Below, in pieces: positions 27,441-36,607 of a stretch of 64,000 nt of DNA. The notes under the pieces are model-generated. The model saw only the letters and a program-made list of their open reading frames with translations, was not told the DNA's origin and searched no databases. Origin of the DNA: Bacteroidota bacterium (GTDB taxonomy: Bacteria; Bacteroidota; Ignavibacteria; UBA10030). Made by a program: the position numbers and the translations under genes. The stretch's first letter is position 1; every line of letters begins with the position of its first letter. The DNA lies in the NCBI GenBank assembly GCA_049522195.1, contig JBEKOB010000011.1, positions 6 through 64,005 of the forward strand, in the 5' to 3' direction.

Positions 27441-30047
27441 ATGGTCTCAACAATGAACTCGATAAGAAAACACTTCAAATCTGAGGCCGTCCGACGTTCG
27501 TACCTGGTTCTCATGATGGTGCTTTTTGCAGCCGTCTATATCTGGCAGATCGGGTATGGTCAGGACAGCACCAAGGTAGCGTCGGCCGTCACTGAAACCC
27601 CTCACTTTCAAGCCTTCTCCCTTTTCAGCGATCCGAAGTATTCCCCCATGGAGATCTTTAGTCTCCTGTCGGTTCTAGGGATCGCCGTTGCCGGACTTCT
27701 CTACGCGCTTCTCCTCATGAGGCAGGTGAACGCTGCCGATTCCGGAACAGACAAGATGAAGGAAATCGCGGCAGCTGTCCGCGAAGGTGCAAACGCCTAT
27801 CTTGGCGCCCAGTTCAAGCGAATCGGTCCGCTGATTATCGTCATCACAGTTCTGTTGTTCATTACGTACACCGGCGCTGTTGATGCATTCCGATGGGGGC
27901 GAGCGTTCGCCTTCCTCGTCGGTGCACTGTTCAGCTGGACCGTGGGATTTGTCGGCATGCGCCTCGCTACCACCGGAAACCTCCGCGTTGCAGCAGCAGC
28001 AATGCACGGCTACGGCAAAGCAATGCAGCTCGGCTATCGCACCGGGACTGTTACGGGAATGCTCACCGACGGGTTGGGATTGCTGGGCGGCACGATCATT
28101 TTCCTGATCTTCGGCGACAAGGCGTATGAGGCATTGCTGGGATTTGGCTTTGGCGGAACGTTGCTAGCGCTCTTCATGCGCGTCGGCGGCGGCATCTACA
28201 CAAAGGCGGCCGACGTCGGAGCAGATCTCGTCGGAAAAATTGAGAAGGATCTTCCTGAAGACGATCCACGCAACGCGGCCACGATCGCAGACAACGTCGG
28301 AGACAATGTCGGAGATTGCGCTGGCATGGCTGCCGATATCTTTGAGAGCTATGAAGTCACCATCGTGGCAGCCATGATTCTTGGAATGGCAAGTTTCGGA
28401 CATAAAGGAGTCATCTTCCCGCTTCTTGTGCGCGGTATCGGCGTCCTCGGGTCAATCATGAGCACGTACACTGTTCGGGCTGGGGAGCATGATTCATCAG
28501 ACAAGGCGCTGAAGAGCGTTCACCGTGGCTTCTGGATCGGATCGGTGATCAGTGTCGTCGGGTTCTTCGTCTTGGGATACTTCTATCTCCATTTCGACGC
28601 CGCATATCTTCTCCTGAATCCAACAGCTGCGGCCGGCTTCCCCCACGGTGATCCAGGCGGCCTCTCAGCCATCGCTTCGTGGGGAATACCGGGGCTCGAT
28701 CTGCGTCCCGCGTGGACGTGTCTCATTGGCGTGTTCCTTGCCGTCGCTCTGAACAAGGTCACGAGCTACTACACGCACACGAGTCACGCTCCAGTTAAGA
28801 GCCTGGCGAAAGCCTGTACGACCGGGCACGCAACAAACATCATCCAGGGAATTGCGGTCGGGTACGAGAGCACAGTGGCTGCCATTATCGTGATTGCGAC
28901 GGCGATCATGCTTTCAGTGCTCGTGTACTCCGGCACTCCTCCGTTGTTCATCGCCTATGGAATTGCGATGACGGGCATCGGCATGTTGACGTTGACAGGC
29001 AACACGATTTCCATGGACGTCTTCGGTCCCGTGGCAGATAACGCGAACGGCATTGGTGAAATGGGTTACGAGCCGAAGGAAATGGAAGCAGCCAACCCGG
29101 GGAGTTACAAACGCGCACGTCAGATTCTTGCTGACCTTGATGCTGTCGGGAACACGACAAAAGCCGAAACCAAGGGGATTGCGATCGGTTCGGCAGTCAT
29201 CGCTGCCGTGTCGCTCTTCGCAAGCTTCATTGCGGTGATCGCGGTGGGAAGTGAGGACAGAATCAACGAAATGACAACAGCACAGTACCTTGTAGAGGCC
29301 GGAAAGCTTACCGTTGCGGATCCTATGGTCTTCATCGGGTTCCTCATCGGCGGTGCGGTGCCATTTCTGTTCAGCAGTATGCTGATACGAGCCGTTGGGC
29401 GCGCAGCATTCGATATCGTCCGGGAATGCCGAGAACAATTCCGTGACGCTGAAATCTGGGAAGGTACAAAGAAGCCCGATTACGGACGTGTGGTTGACAT
29501 CTGTACTAACACCGCGCAAAAAGAACTCATCGGCCCGGGATTCCTCGCCATTATGGCTCCCTTGGCCGTAGGTTTCCTGCTTGGACCCTATGCGTTAGGT
29601 GGATTTTTGGCTGGCATGATCCTCGTCGGTCAGCTCCTCGCAGTCTTCATGTCCAATGCGGGGGGTGCGTGGGATAATGCAAAGAAGCTGATTGAGGATG
29701 GCATCTATGGCGGCAAGGGTTCTGAGGCGCACAAGGCGGCCGTCACAGGTGACACAGTCGGTGATCCGCTGAAAGACACCGCCGGTCCTGCAGTCAATCC
29801 TCTGATCAAGGTCATGAACATGGTCAGCTTGCTAGCACTGGGCCTGGTTCTCCAATACAACGTGATCGCGCCAAAGCTTGCAGCGCCTGGAACAGAATGG
29901 GCGATGAAGACAATCGGAGCAATGGCAGCGCTTCTCTGCTCTATAGCGATTGCGTGGGCGATCTGGCAGAGCAAACGGGAGGGAGCCGAGATCACGCAGT
30001 TTGAACCTAAGGCGAAACCGGCCAAGAAGGGCCGAAAAACCCGGTAG
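27441..30047 (+). CDS. hppA: Membrane-integral proton-translocating pyrophosphatase (K+-independent signature)
   Basis: M-PPase blocks GGGIYTKAADVGADLVGK, DNVGDNVGD, GNTTKAETKG and DTVGDPLKD. The start is uncertain: ATG 27441/27453 adds an about 70-aa segment with an extra TM ahead of the canonical start region at ATG 27648. Confidence 0.85.
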   Translation: MVSTMNSIRKHFKSEAVRRSYLVLMMVLFAAVYIWQIGYGQDSTKVASAVTETPHFQAFSLFSDPKYSPMEIFSLLSVLGIAVAGLLYALLLMRQVNAADSGTDKMKEIAAAVREGANAYLGAQFKRIGPLIIVITVLLFITYTGAVDAFRWGRAFAFLVGALFSWTVGFVGMRLATTGNLRVAAAAMHGYGKAMQLGYRTGTVTGMLTDGLGLLGGTIIFLIFGDKAYEALLGFGFGGTLLALFMRVGGGIYTKAADVGADLVGKIEKDLPEDDPRNAATIADNVGDNVGDCAGMAADIFESYEVTIVAAMILGMASFGHKGVIFPLLVRGIGVLGSIMSTYTVRAGEHDSSDKALKSVHRGFWIGSVISVVGFFVLGYFYLHFDAAYLLLNPTAAAGFPHGDPGGLSAIASWGIPGLDLRPAWTCLIGVFLAVALNKVTSYYTHTSHAPVKSLAKACTTGHATNIIQGIAVGYESTVAAIIVIATAIMLSVLVYSGTPPLFIAYGIAMTGIGMLTLTGNTISMDVFGPVADNANGIGEMGYEPKEMEAANPGSYKRARQILADLDAVGNTTKAETKGIAIGSAVIAAVSLFASFIAVIAVGSEDRINEMTTAQYLVEAGKLTVADPMVFIGFLIGGAVPFLFSSMLIRAVGRAAFDIVRECREQFRDAEIWEGTKKPDYGRVVDICTNTAQKELIGPGFLAIMAPLAVGFLLGPYALGGFLAGMILVGQLLAVFMSNAGGAWDNAKKLIEDGIYGGKGSEAHKAAVTGDTVGDPLKDTAGPAVNPLIKVMNMVSLLALGLVLQYNVIAPKLAAPGTEWAMKTIGAMAALLCSIAIAWAIWQSKREGAEITQFEPKAKPAKKGRKTR

Positions 30048-30079
30048 GGTACTGTCAATATGTATCGGAAGGAGCAGCA

Positions 30080-31165
30080 ATGGGTGTGAAGCTACTTGCA
30101 GCATCCGACACTGAGTTCGATCTCCTTGCACTGGGAGAGTGCATGATCCGGTTGAGTCCTCCGGGACATCAGCGGATTGAGCTCACTCCGGTCTTTGAAG
30201 CATACGCCGGTGGGGGAGAGTACAATGTCGCATACGCTCTTTCACGGTATGGAATGCGGGCGGGTTGGATCTCGCGTCTTGTAGACAATCCGCTCGGACA
30301 CTTTATCCAGAATCATGCTCGCACGAGCGGCATGGATCTCAGCGAAGTCATCTGGGTACCGTATGACGGATCGGGTCGCACCGACCGGATCGGGCTCAAC
30401 TTCACGGAGGTTGGTATTGGCGTGCGTGCGAGCGTGACGCTCTACGATCGCGGCCACACAGCCGTAGCGCATATGAAGCCGGGTGAAGTGGACTGGAAAC
30501 GAATCTTTCAACAACGAAAAGTCAGGTGGTTTCATACCGGGGGAATCTTCACGGCCTTGAGCGACAGCTGCGCAGCTGTTGCGTTCGAGTCGATGAAAAC
30601 AGCCCACGAAGCCAGTACAATTGTCAGCTATGACCTGAACTTCCGGAGCAAACTCTGGTCGTCGAAGAAGGCAATCGAAGAGACAAAGAAGCTCATGCCG
30701 TTCATCGATGTGCTCATCGGCAACGAAGAGGATTTTCAGAAGGTGCTTGGGTTCCAGGTGGAAGGAACGGATGAGAATCTGAAGCAGCTGCCGATTGAGG
30801 GATACAAGAAAATGGTGCAGCAGGTGGTCAAGGCTTATCCGCATCTTCAGGCCGTGGGGACGACACTCCGCGAGGTCGTGAGCGGACTGGTCAACAACTG
30901 GTCGGCAATCATGTACTATGACGGCGTTTTCTATAGCTCCCGGAGGTATGAGAACCTGGAAATTGAAGATCGGGTTGGGGGCGGCGATGGATTTTGCAGC
31001 GGGTTTGTGTACGGTCTGCTGCACGGAATATCACCCCAGGAGTGTGTTGAGATGGGTGCTGCACATGGAGCGTTGCTCCAGACAACGCGTGGCGACACGA
31101 GCATGGTAACGATGGAGGAAATTCAGCATGTCATGGGCGGCGGTTCAGCCAGGATCAAGAGGTAG
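30080..31165 (+). CDS. Second PfkB-family sugar-acid kinase, KdgK paralog (substrate uncertain)
   Basis: RBS GGAAGGAG. Collinear with the first kdgK: DRVGGGDGFCSGFVYGLLHGISPQECVEMGAAHGALLQTTRGDTSMVTMEEI vs DRVGGGDGFASGFIYGLLAGESPEEAVKLGWAHGALLTTTPGDTTMVTLEQV. Confidence 0.65.
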   Translation: MGVKLLAASDTEFDLLALGECMIRLSPPGHQRIELTPVFEAYAGGGEYNVAYALSRYGMRAGWISRLVDNPLGHFIQNHARTSGMDLSEVIWVPYDGSGRTDRIGLNFTEVGIGVRASVTLYDRGHTAVAHMKPGEVDWKRIFQQRKVRWFHTGGIFTALSDSCAAVAFESMKTAHEASTIVSYDLNFRSKLWSSKKAIEETKKLMPFIDVLIGNEEDFQKVLGFQVEGTDENLKQLPIEGYKKMVQQVVKAYPHLQAVGTTLREVVSGLVNNWSAIMYYDGVFYSSRRYENLEIEDRVGGGDGFCSGFVYGLLHGISPQECVEMGAAHGALLQTTRGDTSMVTMEEIQHVMGGGSARIKR

Positions 31166-31179
31166 GAGAGCGGCGCACA

Positions 31180-32451
31180 ATGGTATTCTATAAAAGAGGA
31201 TCTGAGAACGACGCTCTCCGTGAGGAAGATCTCAGAGCGGGACTGAATGAAGCACTCGGAAAGCTCGGCGCGCGGAAAAAAGTTCTTGCGATTCCGCCGG
31301 ACTACACCCGGTTTCATTCTCACGCCGGTATCCTGACTCGTCTCGCATGGGAGTACTACCGTGAGCGGTTGACGGATATACTTCCTGCTCTTGGGACACA
31401 CTCCCCGATGCAGGAGAAAGATATCCGATCGATGTTCGGCGATACGCCTCTCGCCCTATTCCGGATCCATGACTGGCGTAACGATATCGTGACGCTTGGT
31501 GAAGTTCCTGCAGAATTTATCCGGGAGCAATCGGAAGGAGAGCTCGAGTATGCATGGAAAGCGCAGGTCAACAAACTCCTTGTACAAGGGGGATTTGACC
31601 TGATTCTTTCCGTCGGACAGATTGTGCCCCATGAAGTGGTCGGAATGGCCGGTCACAACAAGAATATATTCGTCGGCACTGGTGGACAGGAAGGCATTAA
31701 CAAGAGCCATTTTCTCGGCGCTGTCTATGGCATGGAGCGTATGATGGGACGCGCCGACACTCCGGTAAGGCGAGTCCTCGATTATGCCTCAGAGCACTTC
31801 GCAAAACACCTTCCGATCGTCTACGTTCTCACAGTGGTGTCACGTGGAGAAGATGGCCAGCTGAAAGTGCGGGGCTTGTTTGTAGGGGATGATGCAGAGT
31901 GCTTCCATCTCGCAGCGCAGCTCTCTCTAAAAGTGAACTTTCAAATGCTCGACGAACCGCTCAGAAAGGTGATAGTGTATCTGGATCCTTCGGAGTTCAA
32001 GAGCACCTGGCTCGGCAACAAGAGCGTCTACCGGACACGGATGGCAATCGCCGATGGCGGTGAGCTCATCGTGCTGGCCCCCGGGTTAAAGGAATTTGGT
32101 GAGGACAAGCAGATTGATGAGCTCATTCGCAAGTACGGATATGTGACCACGCCCGAAGTGCTGCAGTATGTAAAGACCACGGAAGATCTGAAGCATAACC
32201 TGAGTGCTGCTGCTCACCTCATCCACGGCTCGTCGGAGGGACGTTTCACAATCACGTACTGTCCGGGGCATCTGACAAGACAGGAAATTGAGAGTGTCAA
32301 CTTCAGGTATGCTGATTTGAATGTGATGATGAAGAAATATGATCCCAAGAAGCTCAGGGACGGATTCAACATGATGCCCGATGGCGAACAGGTGTTCTTC
32401 ATCTTGAATCCCGCACTAGGGCTCTGGGCGCACAAAGACCGGTTCAAGTAA
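31180..32451 (+). CDS. LarA-family (nickel-pincer cofactor dependent) 2-hydroxyacid racemase/epimerase homolog
   Basis: Blocks PPDYTR, ALGTH and IVPHEVVGMAGHNKNIFVGTGG...INKSH. The His-x9-Lys-x15-His spacing equals that of His174/Lys184/His200 in L. plantarum LarA, as I recall that structure. Confidence 0.65.
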   Translation: MVFYKRGSENDALREEDLRAGLNEALGKLGARKKVLAIPPDYTRFHSHAGILTRLAWEYYRERLTDILPALGTHSPMQEKDIRSMFGDTPLALFRIHDWRNDIVTLGEVPAEFIREQSEGELEYAWKAQVNKLLVQGGFDLILSVGQIVPHEVVGMAGHNKNIFVGTGGQEGINKSHFLGAVYGMERMMGRADTPVRRVLDYASEHFAKHLPIVYVLTVVSRGEDGQLKVRGLFVGDDAECFHLAAQLSLKVNFQMLDEPLRKVIVYLDPSEFKSTWLGNKSVYRTRMAIADGGELIVLAPGLKEFGEDKQIDELIRKYGYVTTPEVLQYVKTTEDLKHNLSAAAHLIHGSSEGRFTITYCPGHLTRQEIESVNFRYADLNVMMKKYDPKKLRDGFNMMPDGEQVFFILNPALGLWAHKDRFK

Positions 32452-32506
32452 TGGTGAATGTACCTCAGAGAATTCCCGCACGGAAGCATCTCACCAGCCG
32501 GATCCT

Positions 32507-33634
32507 ATGAAAATCGTGATCGACAAGAAAATTCCGTTCATCGATGGTGTGCTCGAGAAATACGGCGATGTTGTTTATCTTGAAGGGCGGGAGATCACCC
32601 GGGACGACGTTCGGAACGCTGATGCACTGATCATCCGCACACGCACAAAGTGCAATCGCGCGTTGCTGGAAGGAACAACGGTCAGGTTCATTGCCTCGGC
32701 AACGATCGGCTTCGATCATATCGATACAACGTACTGCGAAGCTAATAACATTTTCTGGACGAACGCTGCAGGCTGCAATTCGTCCTCCGTGCAGCATTAC
32801 ATCGCGGCGGCGCTGTTTCATCTCGCTGAAGAGTTTCAGTTCGAGCTAGCTCAGAGGACCATCGGCATCGTTGGGGTTGGAAACGTCGGAAGCAAGGTGG
32901 AAAATCTCTGCCGGGCTTTGGGAATGCGTGTGTTGCTGAACGATCCCCCGCGAGAACGTCGCGAGGGATCGAAGAATTTTGTATCACTCAAAACAGTCAT
33001 CGGACAGTCGGATATCGTCACGTTTCACGTGCCGCTGAATCCCGATGGGGTGGACAAAACGTTTCACATGGTGAATGCGGGGCTCCTCTCGAGGTTCAGG
33101 AAGAATCAAATTCTCATCAATTCGTCCAGGGGCGAGGTCGTAGAGGGGAGTGCACTCAAGGCGACGCTCAGGAACAAGATGATTGCCGACTGTGTATTGG
33201 ATGTGTGGGAACACGAACCGGACATAGACCGCGAGCTTCTTGGGCTTGCAGAAATCGCGACGCCCCACATTGCCGGATACTCGGCAGACGGGAAAGCAAA
33301 CGGCACAGCGATGAGCGTGCAGGCCTTCAGCCGGTTTTTTGGATTGGACCTCCATGCGTGGTATCCCGAGAAGGTGCCACTGCCCGCCATGACGACGCTT
33401 GAGGTCGAATGCGGCAATCTGAGTGTCCAGTCAGTGCTCGCCGGTCTCGTGAAGCGAACATATGATATTCTGGCCGATGACGCCAGATTGCGATTGTCCC
33501 CGGAGACATTCGAGAAGCAGCGCGGAGCGTATCCGCTTCGAAGAGAATTCCCGACATACACATTGAACTTGCTGAATGCGCCTGCCGGCCTGAAGTCTCT
33601 TGTGCAGGCAATGGGATTTAGAACACTCAACTAG
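32507..33634 (+). CDS. pdxB: 4-phosphoerythronate dehydrogenase-like D-2-hydroxyacid dehydrogenase
   Basis: PdxB-style N-terminus MKIVIDKKIPF...LIIRTRTK. NAD fold IGIVGVGNVG. Catalytic-region block PHIAGYS. About 375 aa with a C-terminal extension, as in PdxB. Confidence 0.65.
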   Translation: MKIVIDKKIPFIDGVLEKYGDVVYLEGREITRDDVRNADALIIRTRTKCNRALLEGTTVRFIASATIGFDHIDTTYCEANNIFWTNAAGCNSSSVQHYIAAALFHLAEEFQFELAQRTIGIVGVGNVGSKVENLCRALGMRVLLNDPPRERREGSKNFVSLKTVIGQSDIVTFHVPLNPDGVDKTFHMVNAGLLSRFRKNQILINSSRGEVVEGSALKATLRNKMIADCVLDVWEHEPDIDRELLGLAEIATPHIAGYSADGKANGTAMSVQAFSRFFGLDLHAWYPEKVPLPAMTTLEVECGNLSVQSVLAGLVKRTYDILADDARLRLSPETFEKQRGAYPLRREFPTYTLNLLNAPAGLKSLVQAMGFRTLN

Positions 33635-33652
33635 ACACGCGAACAAACAGGG

Positions 33653-35116
33653 ATGGAAAGAATGCAACAACAAGCTGATTTCGGACTCATCGGGTTAGCG
33701 GTGATGGGAGAGAACCTTGTGTTGAATATCGAAAGCCGCGGCTTTACCGTCGCAGTGTTCAACCGAACCGTCAACAAGGTTGACCACTTCGTGCAAGGCA
33801 GGGCAAAAGGAAAGAAGATCATCGGCACGCATTCGATTGTCGATCTTGTCGCTTCGCTCAAGAAGCCGCGCAGAATTATGCTGATGGTCAAAGCGGGCAA
33901 ACCGGTCGATGAGTTCATTGAACAAATCATTCCCCATCTCGAAGCAGGTGACATTATCATTGACGGGGGCAATTCGCATTTTCCTGACACGATCCGCCGT
34001 ACAAAATACCTCGAATCCAAAGGCTTCTTGTTCATTGGAACAGGCGTTTCCGGAGGAGAGGAAGGAGCGCTACGAGGGCCGTCGATTATGCCTGGTGGTT
34101 CACCGGCTGCATGGCCCTTCGTGAAACCGGTTTTCCAATCTATTGCTGCAAAGGTGGAAGATGGAACCCCTTGCTGCGATTGGGTGGGCAACGACGGAGC
34201 GGGTCATTTTGTGAAAATGGTGCATAATGGAATCGAGTACGGCGATATGCAGCTCATTTGTGAGGCATATCAGATTATGCACGAATTGCTTGGCATGAAT
34301 GCCGCCGAGATGCACGAGGTCTTTAAGGTCTGGAACAAGGGCGATCTCGACAGCTATCTGATCGAAATCACACGGGACATCCTCGCCTACAAGGATGCAG
34401 ACGGACAGCCGCTTGTGGACAAGATTCTCGATACCGCAGGCCAAAAAGGGACGGGAAAATGGGCGAGCGTGACATCGCTCGATCTCGGAATCCCCCTGAC
34501 GTTGATCAGCGAATCCGTGTTTGCTCGCTGCCTCTCCTCTATTAAAGAGGAGCGGGTTGCCGCATCCAAGATGCTGAAAGGGCCGGGCACGACATTCACC
34601 GGCGACAAGAAGGCTTTTCTTGCGGATCTCGAGAAGGCTCTCTACGCCTCAAAAATCGTCTCTTACGCCCAGGGCTTCACACTGATGCGAGCGGCAGCGG
34701 ATGAATTCAAATGGAATTTGAACTACGGGGGCATCGCGCTGTTGTGGCGTGGTGGCTGCATCATCCGTTCAGCGTTCCTCGGCAAGATCAAGGAGGCATT
34801 CGAGAAAAACCGAACACTCGCCAACCTGTTGCTCGATCCGTTCTTCAAGGGAAAGATTGAGTCATCGCAGGAAGCATGGCGACGTGTGATTGCCACTGCA
34901 GTCATGCATGGGGTCTGGATTCCGGCCTTCTCGACGGCGCTGAATTACTTCGATGGTTATCGCAATGCCCGTCTGCCGGCAAATCTTCTGCAGGCGCAAC
35001 GGGACTATTTTGGTGCGCACATGTTCGAGCGGGTCGATAAGCCGCGGGGAGAGTTCTTCCACACAAACTGGACCGGTCGCGGTGGCGATACAGCCTCATC
35101 GACCTACATCGTCTAA
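33653..35116 (+). CDS. gnd: 6-phosphogluconate dehydrogenase (decarboxylating)
   Basis: Blocks [47 protein letters not shown] and WRGGCIIRS. About 480 aa. Confidence 0.9.
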   Translation: MERMQQQADFGLIGLAVMGENLVLNIESRGFTVAVFNRTVNKVDHFVQGRAKGKKIIGTHSIVDLVASLKKPRRIMLMVKAGKPVDEFIEQIIPHLEAGDIIIDGGNSHFPDTIRRTKYLESKGFLFIGTGVSGGEEGALRGPSIMPGGSPAAWPFVKPVFQSIAAKVEDGTPCCDWVGNDGAGHFVKMVHNGIEYGDMQLICEAYQIMHELLGMNAAEMHEVFKVWNKGDLDSYLIEITRDILAYKDADGQPLVDKILDTAGQKGTGKWASVTSLDLGIPLTLISESVFARCLSSIKEERVAASKMLKGPGTTFTGDKKAFLADLEKALYASKIVSYAQGFTLMRAAADEFKWNLNYGGIALLWRGGCIIRSAFLGKIKEAFEKNRTLANLLLDPFFKGKIESSQEAWRRVIATAVMHGVWIPAFSTALNYFDGYRNARLPANLLQAQRDYFGAHMFERVDKPRGEFFHTNWTGRGGDTASSTYIV

Positions 35117-35176
35117 CCGCCGGACCATATCACACGCATTATTCGATTCACTCAGGAAAAGAGAGAGTAGATATCT

Positions 35177-36427
35177 ATGACACTGGAGAAGTACTCGATT
35201 GGAGTTGGCGACAGGTTTGGACATCAAGGTGCGGCACAGCTGCAGGCGCTTCAACAGGCCGATCAGCGTGGTGTGAAGATCGTGCCCGTGTGGAACAAAT
35301 CGTTCCGTGAGCATACAATCGTCGGCACAAAACCGGCAGACACGCGGATTGCCGCTGACGCTGCTGTCAAAGAGCGCGGTTGGAGCGCTTCGTACTATGT
35401 GGATGCAGACCATATTGGCCTGAAGAATGTCGACCTCTTTTTGGATTCAAGCAACTTCTATACGCTTGATGTCGCTGATTTCATCGGGAAGGTGACTGAT
35501 GAGCAAGAAATAGTAACATTTGTTCGATCGATGATGAAGTACACTTCGGCTTTTCCTCTGGCAGGTGTTCACACGACGACAACTGTAACGAAAGATGACT
35601 TGTATGCGATTGGACGAAAGTATCTCTTTGCGGTAAAAGAGGCGGGCCGAATTTACCGTCACATTGCGGAAAAGAAAGAGGAGCAGAATTTCGTGGCAGA
35701 GGTGTCGACAGACGAAGCGAACGAGCCGCAGACACCCGCTCAGTTGTTCTTCATCCTTGCTGCCCTGGCACAGGAAGGGGTGAGGGTTCAAACGATTGCT
35801 CCGAAGTTCACCGGGTCATTCCTGAAAGGGATTGATTATGTCGGCAGCGTAGAGAAATTCTCCACGGAGTTCGAGGAGGATCTCCTGGTGATCGGGCATG
35901 CCATCAAGACATTCAATCTGCCGCAGAATCTCAAGCTCAGCGTTCACTCTGGCAGTGATAAGTTCTCACTCTATCCGGTGATCCATCGGGCGGTGAAGAA
36001 GCACAATGCTGGGTTACATCTCAAGACTGCGGGCACTACCTGGCTGGAAGAACTGATCGGCCTGGCGATGGCGGGGGGTGAAGGATTGGGTGTGGCACAG
36101 GAGATCTATGCCGAGGCGTTCAGCAGGATTGATGAACTCTGCAAGCCGTATGAGACTGTCATCAATATCGATCGCTCGAAGCTTCCTGATCCCCGGAAAG
36201 TCCGATCGTGGGGAAGCGACGACTATGCGTGCGCGCTAAGACACAATCAGTCAGATCCGAGATACAATCTTCATTTCAGACAGTTGCTCCATGTCGGCTA
36301 CAAAGTTGCAGCTGAGATGGGTGATCGGTATCTGCACATGCTGGTGAAGTATCGTAAGACGATCGGACAGAACGTCTCGGAGAATCTGTACAAACGTCAC
36401 ATTGTCCCTCTTTTTCTTGGAGCCTAA
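35177..36427 (+). CDS. uxaE: Tagaturonate/fructuronate epimerase family protein (UxaE-like)
   Basis: N-terminal pattern YSIGVGDRFGHQG...PVWNKSFRE...YYVDADH resembles the GDRLG...RE...DADH blocks I recall from Thermotoga UxaE. Uronate gene context. Confidence 0.55.
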   Translation: MTLEKYSIGVGDRFGHQGAAQLQALQQADQRGVKIVPVWNKSFREHTIVGTKPADTRIAADAAVKERGWSASYYVDADHIGLKNVDLFLDSSNFYTLDVADFIGKVTDEQEIVTFVRSMMKYTSAFPLAGVHTTTTVTKDDLYAIGRKYLFAVKEAGRIYRHIAEKKEEQNFVAEVSTDEANEPQTPAQLFFILAALAQEGVRVQTIAPKFTGSFLKGIDYVGSVEKFSTEFEEDLLVIGHAIKTFNLPQNLKLSVHSGSDKFSLYPVIHRAVKKHNAGLHLKTAGTTWLEELIGLAMAGGEGLGVAQEIYAEAFSRIDELCKPYETVINIDRSKLPDPRKVRSWGSDDYACALRHNQSDPRYNLHFRQLLHVGYKVAAEMGDRYLHMLVKYRKTIGQNVSENLYKRHIVPLFLGA

Positions 36428-36464
36428 GGCACTGCTGTAACGGTGCAAATTGATTCCGTACAAG

Positions 36465-36520
36465 AAGGGCGCTGGTTCTTATTTATTTGCAGAAATAAGA
36501 ATGGCGCCCTTTCTCTTTCT
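36465..36520 (+). terminator. Strong rho-independent terminator closing the kinase-larA-like-pdxB-gnd-uxaE operon
   Basis: AAGGGCGC-tgg-TTCTTATTT-atttgcag-AAATAAGAA-tg-GCGCCCTT, a compound 17-bp stem, followed by TCTCTTTCT. Confidence 0.8.
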
Positions 36521-36540
36521 CAGAAAACCCCTCAATTCAC

Positions 36541-36569
36541 TTGACAAAACCCCTTTCTTTTGCTAAAGT
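36541..36569 (+). promoter_or_regulatory. Candidate sigma70-like promoter for the first pectin locus
   Basis: TTGACA, a 17-nt spacer, then TAAAGT, read directly. This leaves an about 260-nt leader before the TonB-dependent receptor ATG. Confidence 0.4.
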
Positions 36570-36593
36570 AGTGTCGCACCGGCAGCGATAAAG

Positions 36594-36607
36594 TAAACGA
36601 TTAAGTA
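36594..36607 (+). promoter_or_regulatory. Conserved box TAAACGATTAAGTA, shared with nt 58231-58244
   Basis: 12 of 14 positions are identical to CAAACGGTTAAGTA at 58231-58244. Each copy lies 53-58 nt downstream of a TTGAC(A/T) hexamer. It contains a TAAaCGaTTA half-palindrome centred on CG. Confidence 0.4.

Noticed and set aside
32507-33634. The PdxB-like dehydrogenase as a dedicated step (for example a phospho-sugar-acid dehydrogenase) of the proposed mannonate/gluconate route.
   Set aside because: Its N-terminus, length and C-terminal extension look like ordinary 4-phosphoerythronate dehydrogenase. Without a second pdxB known in the genome, the housekeeping role is the simpler reading.
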